Assembly: GCA_965208105.1 (NCBI GenBank)
Contig: OZ242318.1
Location: forward strand, 3,040,001 to 3,104,000
Reading direction: 5' to 3'
Origin: Candidatus Latescibacterota bacterium
Lineage (GTDB): Bacteria > Latescibacterota > UBA2968 > UBA8231
DNA: 64,000 nucleotides
Part shown: one piece after another, positions 46,542 to 61,500 of the stretch
Position numbering within the stretch: position 1 is the first letter of the stretch
Layout: the number at the start of each line of letters is the position of its first letter
Position numbers and translations under genes: made by a program
Notes under the pieces: model-generated
What the model was told of the DNA's origin: nothing
Seen by the model: the letters and a program-made list of their open reading frames with translations, nothing else
Database searches by the model: none

Positions 46542-47572
46542 TCCGTCTGCTCGTTGTGCTTACGGTCCTTTTGTCGGTCCTGATCGGCGCCGACCATCTC
46601 CTGCGCCGAAACCAGGAAAGCCGGCGGATCCATGAAAGCACCCTGCGGTTCCTTTCCAGGATTCGGGTCGAGCAGGTGGCAGAGCTTGGCATTGCATCGG
46701 GCGGCAATTCCTGGAACTACGTCCTGCGCGATGGAATCTGGTACTGCCCTGACTACTTCGACGCCTATGCCCAGGGTGACCGCATCGAGCGCCTGTTGGA
46801 TGGGCTGCTGCAGAGCCTTGCAACCGTGGTCAGGGCGGACCCGGTGGACCTGAGGCGCTTTGGCCTGACTCCTGAGCGCGCAATGCGGGTCCATCTCATC
46901 GGCAGAACCGGCATGCCTTTGCTGGAGGTCTGGGTAGGGCGTGGCGCTCCCGGGCCTGCATCCGGCGAGGCCTACGTGAAGCTGGCCTCTGCGGATACTG
47001 TCTTTCACCTTCACGCCAACCCCCGCCTGGCCCTGGACGAGGGCAGGCCGCCAATGGTGGACCCCTATGTTCTGCCCCGTGCGCTGGCTCGCCGTTCCAT
47101 CAGCAAGGTGATCTTTGAACGGGAGTCGGCCTATCCCCTGCGACATCTTCGCCGACTGCGAATCCCGGCACCTGCCCCTTCCCGGTCGGGGCTTCCTCCC
47201 CAACGGCCGACCTACGAGTGGCGGGCTGGATTCGCGGCTGGAGAACAAGCGTGCGTCAGGTCCAGCGTCTTTGCCTATCTGGGTTTCCTGGGCCGCCTCC
47301 GCTACGAGGAACTTCGCTATCACATGGGTCCCGCCCACCATTCCGGGGCTCCGGACAGGCTCATCCTCGAAGACTCCAGCGGCCGGGTGGATACCCTCGA
47401 GGTCGGCGGCCGGGATGCTGGCGGAAATACCCTGGTGCGGCACCGCGGCTCGGGCCAGGTTCTCGCCATTTCTCCGCACAAAGCCGGCCTTCTCTTTCCG
47501 GCTTCCCGGGCTCTCCTCGATACACTGCCCTTGCCCACCCCTTACCAGCTTGCCGAGCCGCCAGTCCACTAG
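46538..47572 (+). CDS. DUF4340-like membrane-anchored periplasmic protein
   Basis: GTGA overlap; N-terminal TM; W..AQGDRIERLL..L..FGL..VG..YVK pattern; usual fourth gene of gldAFG-like operons. Confidence 0.65.
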   Translation: MIRLLVVLTVLLSVLIGADHLLRRNQESRRIHESTLRFLSRIRVEQVAELGIASGGNSWNYVLRDGIWYCPDYFDAYAQGDRIERLLDGLLQSLATVVRADPVDLRRFGLTPERAMRVHLIGRTGMPLLEVWVGRGAPGPASGEAYVKLASADTVFHLHANPRLALDEGRPPMVDPYVLPRALARRSISKVIFERESAYPLRHLRRLRIPAPAPSRSGLPPQRPTYEWRAGFAAGEQACVRSSVFAYLGFLGRLRYEELRYHMGPAHHSGAPDRLILEDSSGRVDTLEVGGRDAGGNTLVRHRGSGQVLAISPHKAGLLFPASRALLDTLPLPTPYQLAEPPVH

Positions 47573-47644
47573 GATAATTAGGAAACAGGATTCGGTTTAT
47601 CCAGGATAGCCGGCCGTTGATCAGAACCTGTTGAGAAAGGAAGA

Positions 47645-48469
47645 ATGACCATGCAGGACATGCGCATCGCACTGGTGCAAATGAGCAGCCGGGTAGGCGA
47701 GAAGTCCGCAAACCTGGCCAAAATCGAACGCTATGCAATGGAGGCCGCAGCCCGGAAAGTGGACATTGTCTGCTTCCCGGAGTTGTGCGTTTGCGGCTAC
47801 AATGCCGGTGATACTTCCACCCCGGAGCCCGAATCACTATCAGGAGACTCGGTGCGAATGCTCGAGGAGATCGGGACCAGGAGCGGCCTGACTATCCTGG
47901 CAGGACTATTGGAGCGGGATGTGAGCGGCATCGTATACAACACCCAGGTCATCTGCAGTCCTGCCGGCTGCATCGGCCACTATCGAAAAACGCACGTTCC
48001 GACCTCGGAGATCGGGACCTGGCGGCATGGCGGCGAGTTCCCTGTATTCAATCATCCCAAGGCACGCTATGGCATCGAGATTTGCTATGATTCGCACTTC
48101 CCTGAGGTGAGCACCATCCTGGCCGAGAGAGGGGCGGAGCTCCTGTTTTTTCCCCATGCTTCGTCGATCACGGGAGAAACGGCGGCAGGCAAGAAGAAGC
48201 GCTGGCTGCGCTACGTTCCCGCTCGGGCCTACGATAACGCGGTGTTTGTGGCGATATGCAACCAGGTGGGTGACAACGGAGCGGGCCGCGACTTCGCCGG
48301 GGTCACCTTCGTCTGCAATCCACGGGGCGAGGTCATAGCCGAAGCGCAGAGCAGTGTGGAAGAAGAATTGGTCATCGCCGACCTGAAGGCCTCCGAACTG
48401 TCCCGTGTCCGCGCCGCGCCGGAGTTCTTCTTCCGCCACTTCCGCCGGCCTGAACTCTATTCTCTGTAG
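47645..48469 (+). CDS. carbon-nitrogen hydrolase (nitrilase superfamily)
   Basis: Catalytic triad FPEL, YRKTH, ICYDSHFPE; RAYDN. Confidence 0.92.
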   Translation: MTMQDMRIALVQMSSRVGEKSANLAKIERYAMEAAARKVDIVCFPELCVCGYNAGDTSTPEPESLSGDSVRMLEEIGTRSGLTILAGLLERDVSGIVYNTQVICSPAGCIGHYRKTHVPTSEIGTWRHGGEFPVFNHPKARYGIEICYDSHFPEVSTILAERGAELLFFPHASSITGETAAGKKKRWLRYVPARAYDNAVFVAICNQVGDNGAGRDFAGVTFVCNPRGEVIAEAQSSVEEELVIADLKASELSRVRAAPEFFFRHFRRPELYSL

Positions 48470-48513
48470 TGTCCCGTCGCAGAAATTGCGGACGAAAGGG
48501 CTCCAGGGCCCGG

Positions 48514-50001
<1,488 letters not shown>

Positions 50002-50015
50002 GCCCTCTCTCCAGG

Positions 50016-54626
<4,611 letters not shown>

Positions 54627-54797
54627 TTTCGAGCTTGCTCTGGCGCTCGTGGATAGCAGAATTATCGGGATTGAAATCCACGCCTATTCCTGGCTGCAGC
54701 CGTTGCGGGCTGGCTTGAAATGGGGAGCCGGGAGCCGGATTCGTTTGTCTCCCGCCCTGCATTCATGGATCGGTTGAATTTGCAGGGCAAGAGTATC

Positions 54798-54840
54798 AGG
54801 ATATGAACAGGGATCAACTTTGTCAATCATGATTCTGACA
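54798..54840 (-). promoter_or_regulatory. gltBD promoter with a palindromic operator over the -35
   Basis: Minus strand TTGACA (54826-54821)-N17-TATCCT (54803-54798); TGTCA-ATCATGATTC-TGACA inverted repeat at 54821-54840. Confidence 0.6.
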
Positions 54841-54934
54841 TTTTTCTTTGTGGATTTACAATATTTTGCTTTTAAAATCTATGAATATGGCCTAAATTCT
54901 TCGATATACTCCTTTAAAAAGGTGGTTTTTTGAC

Positions 54935-55540
54935 ATGAGAAAAATCGACGAGCAGGAGCGCCGGATTATTCGCGCTTTGATCCGCAACCCGCGAAATTCG
55001 GACAATAAGATAAGCGCCCTGACCAATGTCCCCGTGCGCACCGTCAGCCGCAAGCGCGCCCGCCTCGAGCACGAGGATATCCTGTCCTACTACACCGCGG
55101 TGGAGATGCAGTCCAACGGCACGGCGCGCTTCAACACACAGCACATGATTATCATCAAGTTCGAACTGGGGATAACCCGCTCCCAGATAGTCCAGGAAAT
55201 CTGCAACGAGCCCAACGTGGCCAATGTCTTCAGCGAGTTGATCCGCGACAGCTACATCGCCGAGACCGATGGGCATATCGCCCTGGTCATGGTCGTGGAA
55301 GGTGAGTCTGACAGCGATGTAGCCGAGAGTCTCCAGGGTAAAATCATCCCCTCGCTGAAGAAGAACCACGGCGAAAGCTCCATTGTCGAACTCCGCACCA
55401 TACGCCTGTTGGGGTCGATCAGGCGCGAGCACAACTACCTGCCCATGGTCAATATGGAGGATGGGGTCATGAGGAGGGATTGGCCGGACGAGGCTATCTT
55501 CGTGGGGCAAGCCGAGGAAGAGAAAGATGAAGCTATCTGA
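54935..55540 (+). CDS. Lrp/AsnC-like transcriptional regulator
   Basis: IDEQERRIIRALIRNPRNSDNKIS..TVSRKRARLEHEDIL winged-HTH; atypical, longer effector domain; divergent from gltB. Confidence 0.75.
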   Translation: MRKIDEQERRIIRALIRNPRNSDNKISALTNVPVRTVSRKRARLEHEDILSYYTAVEMQSNGTARFNTQHMIIIKFELGITRSQIVQEICNEPNVANVFSELIRDSYIAETDGHIALVMVVEGESDSDVAESLQGKIIPSLKKNHGESSIVELRTIRLLGSIRREHNYLPMVNMEDGVMRRDWPDEAIFVGQAEEEKDEAI

Positions 55541-56384
55541 AGATCATGTGAGAGCATTCGACGAACAGGGATTTGTCGTCGTGGAAAATTTCTATCCGGA
55601 GGAGAAGAGGGCGCGCATTGCCGCGGCCATTCGCGAGGATCTTCCTCCCTGGGAATCAGTCAAGGACGATCCGCCTGAAAGGGGTCTATTGAAGGATGCC
55701 TTCCCCTACGCCCAGATGTTGTTCAACGAACTGATTGTCGATTGGGACCTCGTCGATTTCGTGCAGCGAGTACTCGAAACCGATGACATCCATTTCCGCT
55801 ATGCCCACAACTGGGCAAGGTATCCCAACACTCCTCAACATCCGCCCAAGCTCCACATCGACAATGGCAACAACTCCCTGCTTCCGCCCTGTGCCGACAA
55901 GAGGTACGCGCAAATCAGCAGTTGGTACTTTCCCGAAGAGGTTGGGGAAGGCCACGCGCCCATGATGGTCATTCCCAAGCCTTATGGCCGGGATACGAGC
56001 AAGAGGGTGTTACTGGTGGTGCCGGCTGGAACCCTGATGGTTTTCAATACCCATCTATGGCATTCCGCCACCGAGTTCAGGGCCGGCGACCAGCAGCGAT
56101 ATTCCGTCACGCGGATTTACGGGCGCGGCGATCACTACTGGGAAGGGGTGGGTTTCTTTACGAATCTAGGAAGGAATGAGCATTTCAGGAGGTTCATCGG
56201 CACCCTTACCGCGAGGGAGAGAGAGATCTTCAGGTTTCCCCCGGCAGGACATCCCTACTACACCGTCGAGACCCTGGCGCTCCTGGAGGGTCAGTATCCG
56301 GGATGGAACGCTAGAGGAGAGTATGCCGGCGGAGACCGCGTTGTTCCCTGCAAGGATGCTCAGGTTGTCGGGAGCCCAATCTGA
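55527..56384 (+). CDS. phytanoyl-CoA dioxygenase (PhyH) family Fe(II)/2OG oxygenase
   Basis: FDEQGFVVVENF, LHID (HxD), PAGT..WHSA, distal Arg. Confidence 0.85.
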   Translation: MKLSEDHVRAFDEQGFVVVENFYPEEKRARIAAAIREDLPPWESVKDDPPERGLLKDAFPYAQMLFNELIVDWDLVDFVQRVLETDDIHFRYAHNWARYPNTPQHPPKLHIDNGNNSLLPPCADKRYAQISSWYFPEEVGEGHAPMMVIPKPYGRDTSKRVLLVVPAGTLMVFNTHLWHSATEFRAGDQQRYSVTRIYGRGDHYWEGVGFFTNLGRNEHFRRFIGTLTAREREIFRFPPAGHPYYTVETLALLEGQYPGWNARGEYAGGDRVVPCKDAQVVGSPI

Positions 56385-56488
56385 ACCTGTCGGACGGCAG
56401 CCTGAATGCAGCTGACCGCGACCTCATTCACGGTGTCGCAAGGGTCTCGGCTGCCCGATTTCGTCATCTTTCCACTGCGACCTGACAC

Positions 56489-56523
56489 TAGCAGCCCGGA
56501 TGGACTTTTTCAACGGGCTGCTA
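56489..56523. repeat. 10-bp inverted repeat between convergent genes (terminator or REP/MITE-like remnant)
   Basis: TAGCAGCCCG (56489-56498)/CGGGCTGCTA (56514-56523); right arm contains the hpf stop codon. Confidence 0.4.
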
Positions 56524-56811
56524 TCGGTGCGCCACCAATTTGTCGTGGTATTTCTTCAGTTGGGTCTCCAGCCGTTCCTTCGCGGTATCTATGGCCTTGT
56601 AGAGATTTTCGTCCGAGCAGGAGGCCGCTATGGTCTGATGCGGCACTTTGACGATAATTTCGACATGGGTACTCTGCTTCTGTTTATCGAGGACGACCTC
56701 GCAATCCCTGATCCTGCTGAAAAACCTGTCGAGCTTGGCACATGCTTTCTCGATGCGCTCTTTGGTGTCATCCGATATCCTGGTATTGCGCACGCTGATT
56801 CGAGGCTTCAC
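56521..56811 (-). CDS. hpf: ribosome hibernation promoting factor (short HPF/RaiA)
   Basis: ISVRN..ISD..KLDRFF..ENLYKAID..LETQLKKYHDK; GAAAGGAG SD with GTG start. Confidence 0.9.
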   Translation of the reverse strand: MKPRISVRNTRISDDTKERIEKACAKLDRFFSRIRDCEVVLDKQKQSTHVEIIVKVPHQTIAASCSDENLYKAIDTAKERLETQLKKYHDKLVAHR

Positions 56812-56919
56812 ACCATGCTCCTTTCTCGGGTCGCAATTCGAATGCCATTTTCCCTTCCCCGCCAGGGCACGCCCCCCGGGTTCCCCGGCTGAGACTGTGC
56901 CTGCCCGGGGGACATCCTT

Positions 56920-58209
56920 TCAACAGCGCTTCTCCAGCGGCACGTAGGCCCTCTGGGTGGACCCTGTATATATTTGCCGCGGCCGGTTGAGGCGTCCCCT
57001 CGTGATGAAGCGCGCCTCGCGCCAGTGGGCGATCCAGCCCGGCATGCGGCCGATTGCGAACATCACGGTGAACATATTCCGGGGGATGCCGATGGCGCGC
57101 AGAATCACCCCGCTGTAGAAATCCACGTTGGGATAGAGTCTGCGCTGGATGAAGTAGTCGTCCTCCAGGGCGGCCGCTTCCAGCTCCTCGGCAATATCCA
57201 GCAGGGGGTCGCGAATTTGCAACCTGGCCAGCACTCTCCCGGCCGCCTTTTTGATTATCGTTGCCCGCGGGTCGAAGTTTTTGTAGACGCGATGGCCGAA
57301 CCCCATGAGGCGGATCCCGTTCTTTCTGTCCTTGACCTGTCCGACAAAATCCTTGACCGAAATCTTCGCCGCCCTGATTTGCTCCAGCATCTCCACGACC
57401 GCCACATTGGCGCCTCCGTGAAGCGGACCCCAAAGGGCGCACACCCCGGCCGACACCGAGGCAAAGAGGTTGGCCTCGCTACTGCCGACCATGCGCACTG
57501 TCGAGGTGCTGCAGTTCTGCTCGTGGTCGGCGTGCAGAAGAAAGATCAGATCCAGAGCCCTGACCAGTTCCGGATCCGGTTCGAATTCGCGGTAGGGCAG
57601 GCTGAACATCATGTGGAGCAGGTTTTCGGAGAAGGTTTTGTCCGGGTGAGGGTATATCATAAGGTGTCCCAACGCGTGCCTGTAGGAATAGGCGGCAATG
57701 GTGCGCACCTTTGACATGATGCGCGCGGCGGTCTCCTGAAAGGTGTCCTCGTCCTCGATCTCCAACAGTTCGGGATAGAAACAGCTGACGACGTTGAGAA
57801 CGGCCGAGAGAACGGCCATAGGGGGGGAGTCGGGAGGAAACAAGTCGAAGTGGCGCCGGATTTCTTCGCGCAGCATCTGGTGCCTGTCGAGCGAATCGCT
57901 GAAGCTTTCAAGTTGCTCGCGAGTGGGCAGATCGCCCCAGATCAGGAGGTAGGCAGTCTCGATAAAACTACTGTGCTCGGCCAGTTCCTCGATGGGAATA
58001 CCGCGGTAGCGGAGAATACCCTTTTCTCCATCGATAAAGGTGATGGCACTCTGGCAGGATCCCGTGTTGCCGAATCCATCATCCAGGGTGATGTAGCCAC
58101 TTTGGCTTCGCAGGGCACTGATATCGACTGCGCGTTCGGCCTCGCTGCCGGCGACAATCGGCAGGTCAACCCCTTCCTTGCCTAACTGCAGGCGGGCAGT
58201 TTCCTCCAT
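56920..58209 (-). CDS. gltA: citrate synthase (type II)
   Basis: ITFIDGEKGILRYRG, LHADHEQNCST, GPLHGGAN, MGFGHRVYKNFDPR, YPNVDFYSG. Confidence 0.97.
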   Translation of the reverse strand: MEETARLQLGKEGVDLPIVAGSEAERAVDISALRSQSGYITLDDGFGNTGSCQSAITFIDGEKGILRYRGIPIEELAEHSSFIETAYLLIWGDLPTREQLESFSDSLDRHQMLREEIRRHFDLFPPDSPPMAVLSAVLNVVSCFYPELLEIEDEDTFQETAARIMSKVRTIAAYSYRHALGHLMIYPHPDKTFSENLLHMMFSLPYREFEPDPELVRALDLIFLLHADHEQNCSTSTVRMVGSSEANLFASVSAGVCALWGPLHGGANVAVVEMLEQIRAAKISVKDFVGQVKDRKNGIRLMGFGHRVYKNFDPRATIIKKAAGRVLARLQIRDPLLDIAEELEAAALEDDYFIQRRLYPNVDFYSGVILRAIGIPRNMFTVMFAIGRMPGWIAHWREARFITRGRLNRPRQIYTGSTQRAYVPLEKRC

Positions 58210-58294
58210 ATATCGAACTCCTTCGTTGACGGGCGGCCCTCTCCCCTGCTGCGCTCAGGTGAGGCTGCAATGGCTTCTTTCCACATTTATCCTT

Positions 58295-58323
58295 AGGGTA
58301 ATTTCAAAAGAATCCAGCGTCAA
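58295..58323 (-). promoter_or_regulatory. possible gltA promoter
   Basis: Minus strand TTGACG (58323-58318)-N17-TACCCT (58300-58295). Confidence 0.35.
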
Positions 58324-58510
58324 TACTGGTATGGGGGATACGGGATGCGGGGCGCCTTTCGGCGGGGACCGGATCAGGAAAACCTGGTTGTTCGGCGACG
58401 GGCAAGCGATCGATCTGGACAGGAGGGGGCGTGATTTTAGTTTTTCTGCTGATTTGAACCTGCATTCCATGCCGCTTTGCATCCTCTGCCGGAACCTGCC
58501 ACGTATTAGT

Positions 58511-61500
58511 ATGTTGCGCCTGTTGCCCATGCTGCTGTTGACCGCCTCATCGTCTCTCGAGGCCGGTCCGGTTCGCATCCTCTCCTCAACCCCCGACGGC
58601 CTGACCCTGGAACTGGAATTGGATCCGCCCCAATTGGTACAGGTCTCCAGGGGAGGGCGCCAATACCACGAACTTTCGGTGCCGGGGTCTTCCAGTCTGG
58701 ACCGTTCCGGCCAGCCTGCACTGCCCTTCTTCGCCGAACTTCTGGCCGCTCCCCCCGGAGCTCAGGTAAGGCTGGAAGTCGAGGAAGCCCATTACATAGA
58801 GTGGGAGAATATCCTCTTTGTTCCCGTGTCGGCCTCCGATGAAGGAAGCGGCCCGGCCAACGAGCCACATCTCCAATACCACGGCCGCAATGCATTTGCT
58901 CCGGTGGAACGAGCCACCAGCGAGTTCCTCGGCATCATGCGGGGTGTGCCTGCCCACAGCCTGTGCATCTTCCCCTTCAGCTACAATGAAACCCGGCGCG
59001 TTCTGCGGATCTACCAGCGGCTGCAAATCCGTGTGCGTTTCGCCGGAGGAGGCAGAGCAAAGGCCCTCGACCCGGGAGCGGACCCGCACGCAGCAGGCAT
59101 CTACGGAGCATTCCTCAATCGTCCTCGGGTGGCAGGTAATGCCGTATCCAGGGTGGAATCCTACGACTGGTACGACCCGGCGTCGCCGTGGATCAAGATT
59201 CTTGTCGACGAAGACGGTCTCTTTCGGATCGATCCCTCCTGGTTGAAGGAACGCGACATCGACGCGGCGGGCATAGATCCGCGAACCTTGCAGTTGTACT
59301 ATCGAGGCGAGGAACAGACAGTTGATGTCCACGGTCAGGGGGACGGCAGTTTCGACCAGGGAGATTACCTGGTTTTTCACGGCCGCTTCCGGCGTGACGA
59401 CAGGGACTTCGAGAGCATCTTCGGACGCCGCAACACCTACTGGCTGACCTGGGGAAGAGAGACTGGACGGCGGTTTGTCGAGCGCAGCGGCGCCCCGGTC
59501 CTGGGCTATCCCTCACCGACTTCGTATTGGACCACCGGTCATTTCGAGCGCGACCTGTGGTTCGAGGCGCTGGAGGATGCCCCGGACAACAGGCGCGACC
59601 ACTGGTTCTGGCACAGGCCGGTATTTGCCAACAGCCCCAACGTGCCTTCCTCCCGGATTTATGTCGGGGAGCTGACCCAACCAGACATGAGCTCCGACTA
59701 CACGGCTCACATCCGCCTGGCGGTCCACGGCGCCACCAGCCTCGGGCACCACACGGTCCTCAAACTTAACAACCACATCCTCGACGAGCGCATCTGGAGT
59801 GGACAGGTCGAGATGCTGGTCGGCGCAGAAATAGCGAGTGGGCATTTGCGCACTGGCCCCAACCAGGTGCTTCTGCAGGCTTTTGCCGACCAGGCCAAGT
59901 GGGACAAAATTCTTTTCAACTGGTTTGAAATCGATTACCGCCGGCTCTACATGGCCATGAGCGGCTACCTCGCCTTTTCCCAGCCTCCATCCGCCGGCCA
60001 TCGCATCGTGGTCTCCGGTTTCTCCCATCCCCGGATCCAACTCTACGACGTTGCAAATGGAGTCCGGTTTGTCGATCTCGTGGTCGAAGGAGATGGGACG
60101 ATGCTGAGCGCGACCTTCGAAGACAGGTCGGAAAAGGCCTCTTCCTACGTCATGGCCGACAGCATGAATCTGCGGACCCCGACGGGAATCCCGGACGAAA
60201 TTTCCTCGTGGCGGTCCCCCTCCAACGAGGCCGATTACCTGATCATTGCGCACCCGCTCTTTCTCGCCTCGGCCCGGCGTTTGGCCGACCACCGCAGCCG
60301 CGAAGGCCTGGTGGTGGAGGTTGTCTCTACCGAGGACATCTACGACGAGTTTTCCCACGGCCTGCTCGACCGGGAGGCGATTGCCGCCTTCATAAGGCAC
60401 AGCTATCACAACTGGCAGCGGCGTCCGGCCTACGTCCTGCTCCTGGGGGATGCCACCTACGACTACCGCAACATACTGGGAGGCGGCCAGCCCAGCTTCG
60501 TTCCCACGCTCTACTATCAGGCCAGGGAGCGCGGCCACTCCCCCAGCGATTATCTCTATGCCCTGGTGGACGGCGACGATATTCTCCCTGACTTGAGCGT
60601 CGGACGTCTCGCGGTGGGCAGCGCCGAGGAGGCCGAGCAGGTGGTGGAGAAGGTCATTCGCTACGACCGGGAACCGGAGCCGGGGGCTTGGCGCAGCCGC
60701 GTTCTCTTCCTGGCCAACTACCACGAGAATGGACTGTTCGCCGGACCCAGCGACGACCTGGCCTCCCGCTACACCGAGCCGCTGGGGCTGGAATCTGTCA
60801 AAGTCTATGGCCAGGACGAAAGCCCCATTCCCAACCGAACCGGCAGGAGCTTCGTCGACGCGCTCAATGCAGGTGCTCTTCTGCTCAATTTCAACGGCCA
60901 CGGCAGCGCGGGCACCATGCAATTCGTCTTCAGCTCGCAACTGCCGGACTGGGACTACCTGAGCCAGGTGCGAAACGGCGGGCGTCTGCCGCTGGTACTT
61001 GCGCTTTCCTGCTTCAATGGACTCTTTGCAAACCCGGTGGTGAAGGGTTTGGCCGAGATTTTCACAAACATGGCCGATGGAGGTTCCATCGCCTACATCT
61101 CGGCCAGTGCAAAAAGCTTCGTGGCACAGAACAACCTGCTGGCAGAATTCCTGTTCAACCAGTTTTTCGAACGCGGGAACCTGGAGTTCGGTCCGGCGCT
61201 AGATACGGCCAAGGGACAGGTTCTTGCAGCCCACTTGAGCTGGAGGACGGCCCTCCTGGGGATGCAGCTACTCGGCGACCCGGCCCAAAAGCTTGCATTG
61301 CCCCACATGGCCGACTACACCCCCATCAGCCTGCAGTTCGAACCAGGGGAGGTGTTCGGCCAGTCCACAGTGGAGCTCAAGGCCATTCTGCGCAACAACA
61401 CCCGGTCGACCCGGGACAGCCTGGAGGTGGTGGTGCTCGCCTACTCGGAGGCCGCCGCCCGGCCCGAGACCCTGTTCCATGAATCCCAGGTTTCATTCGG

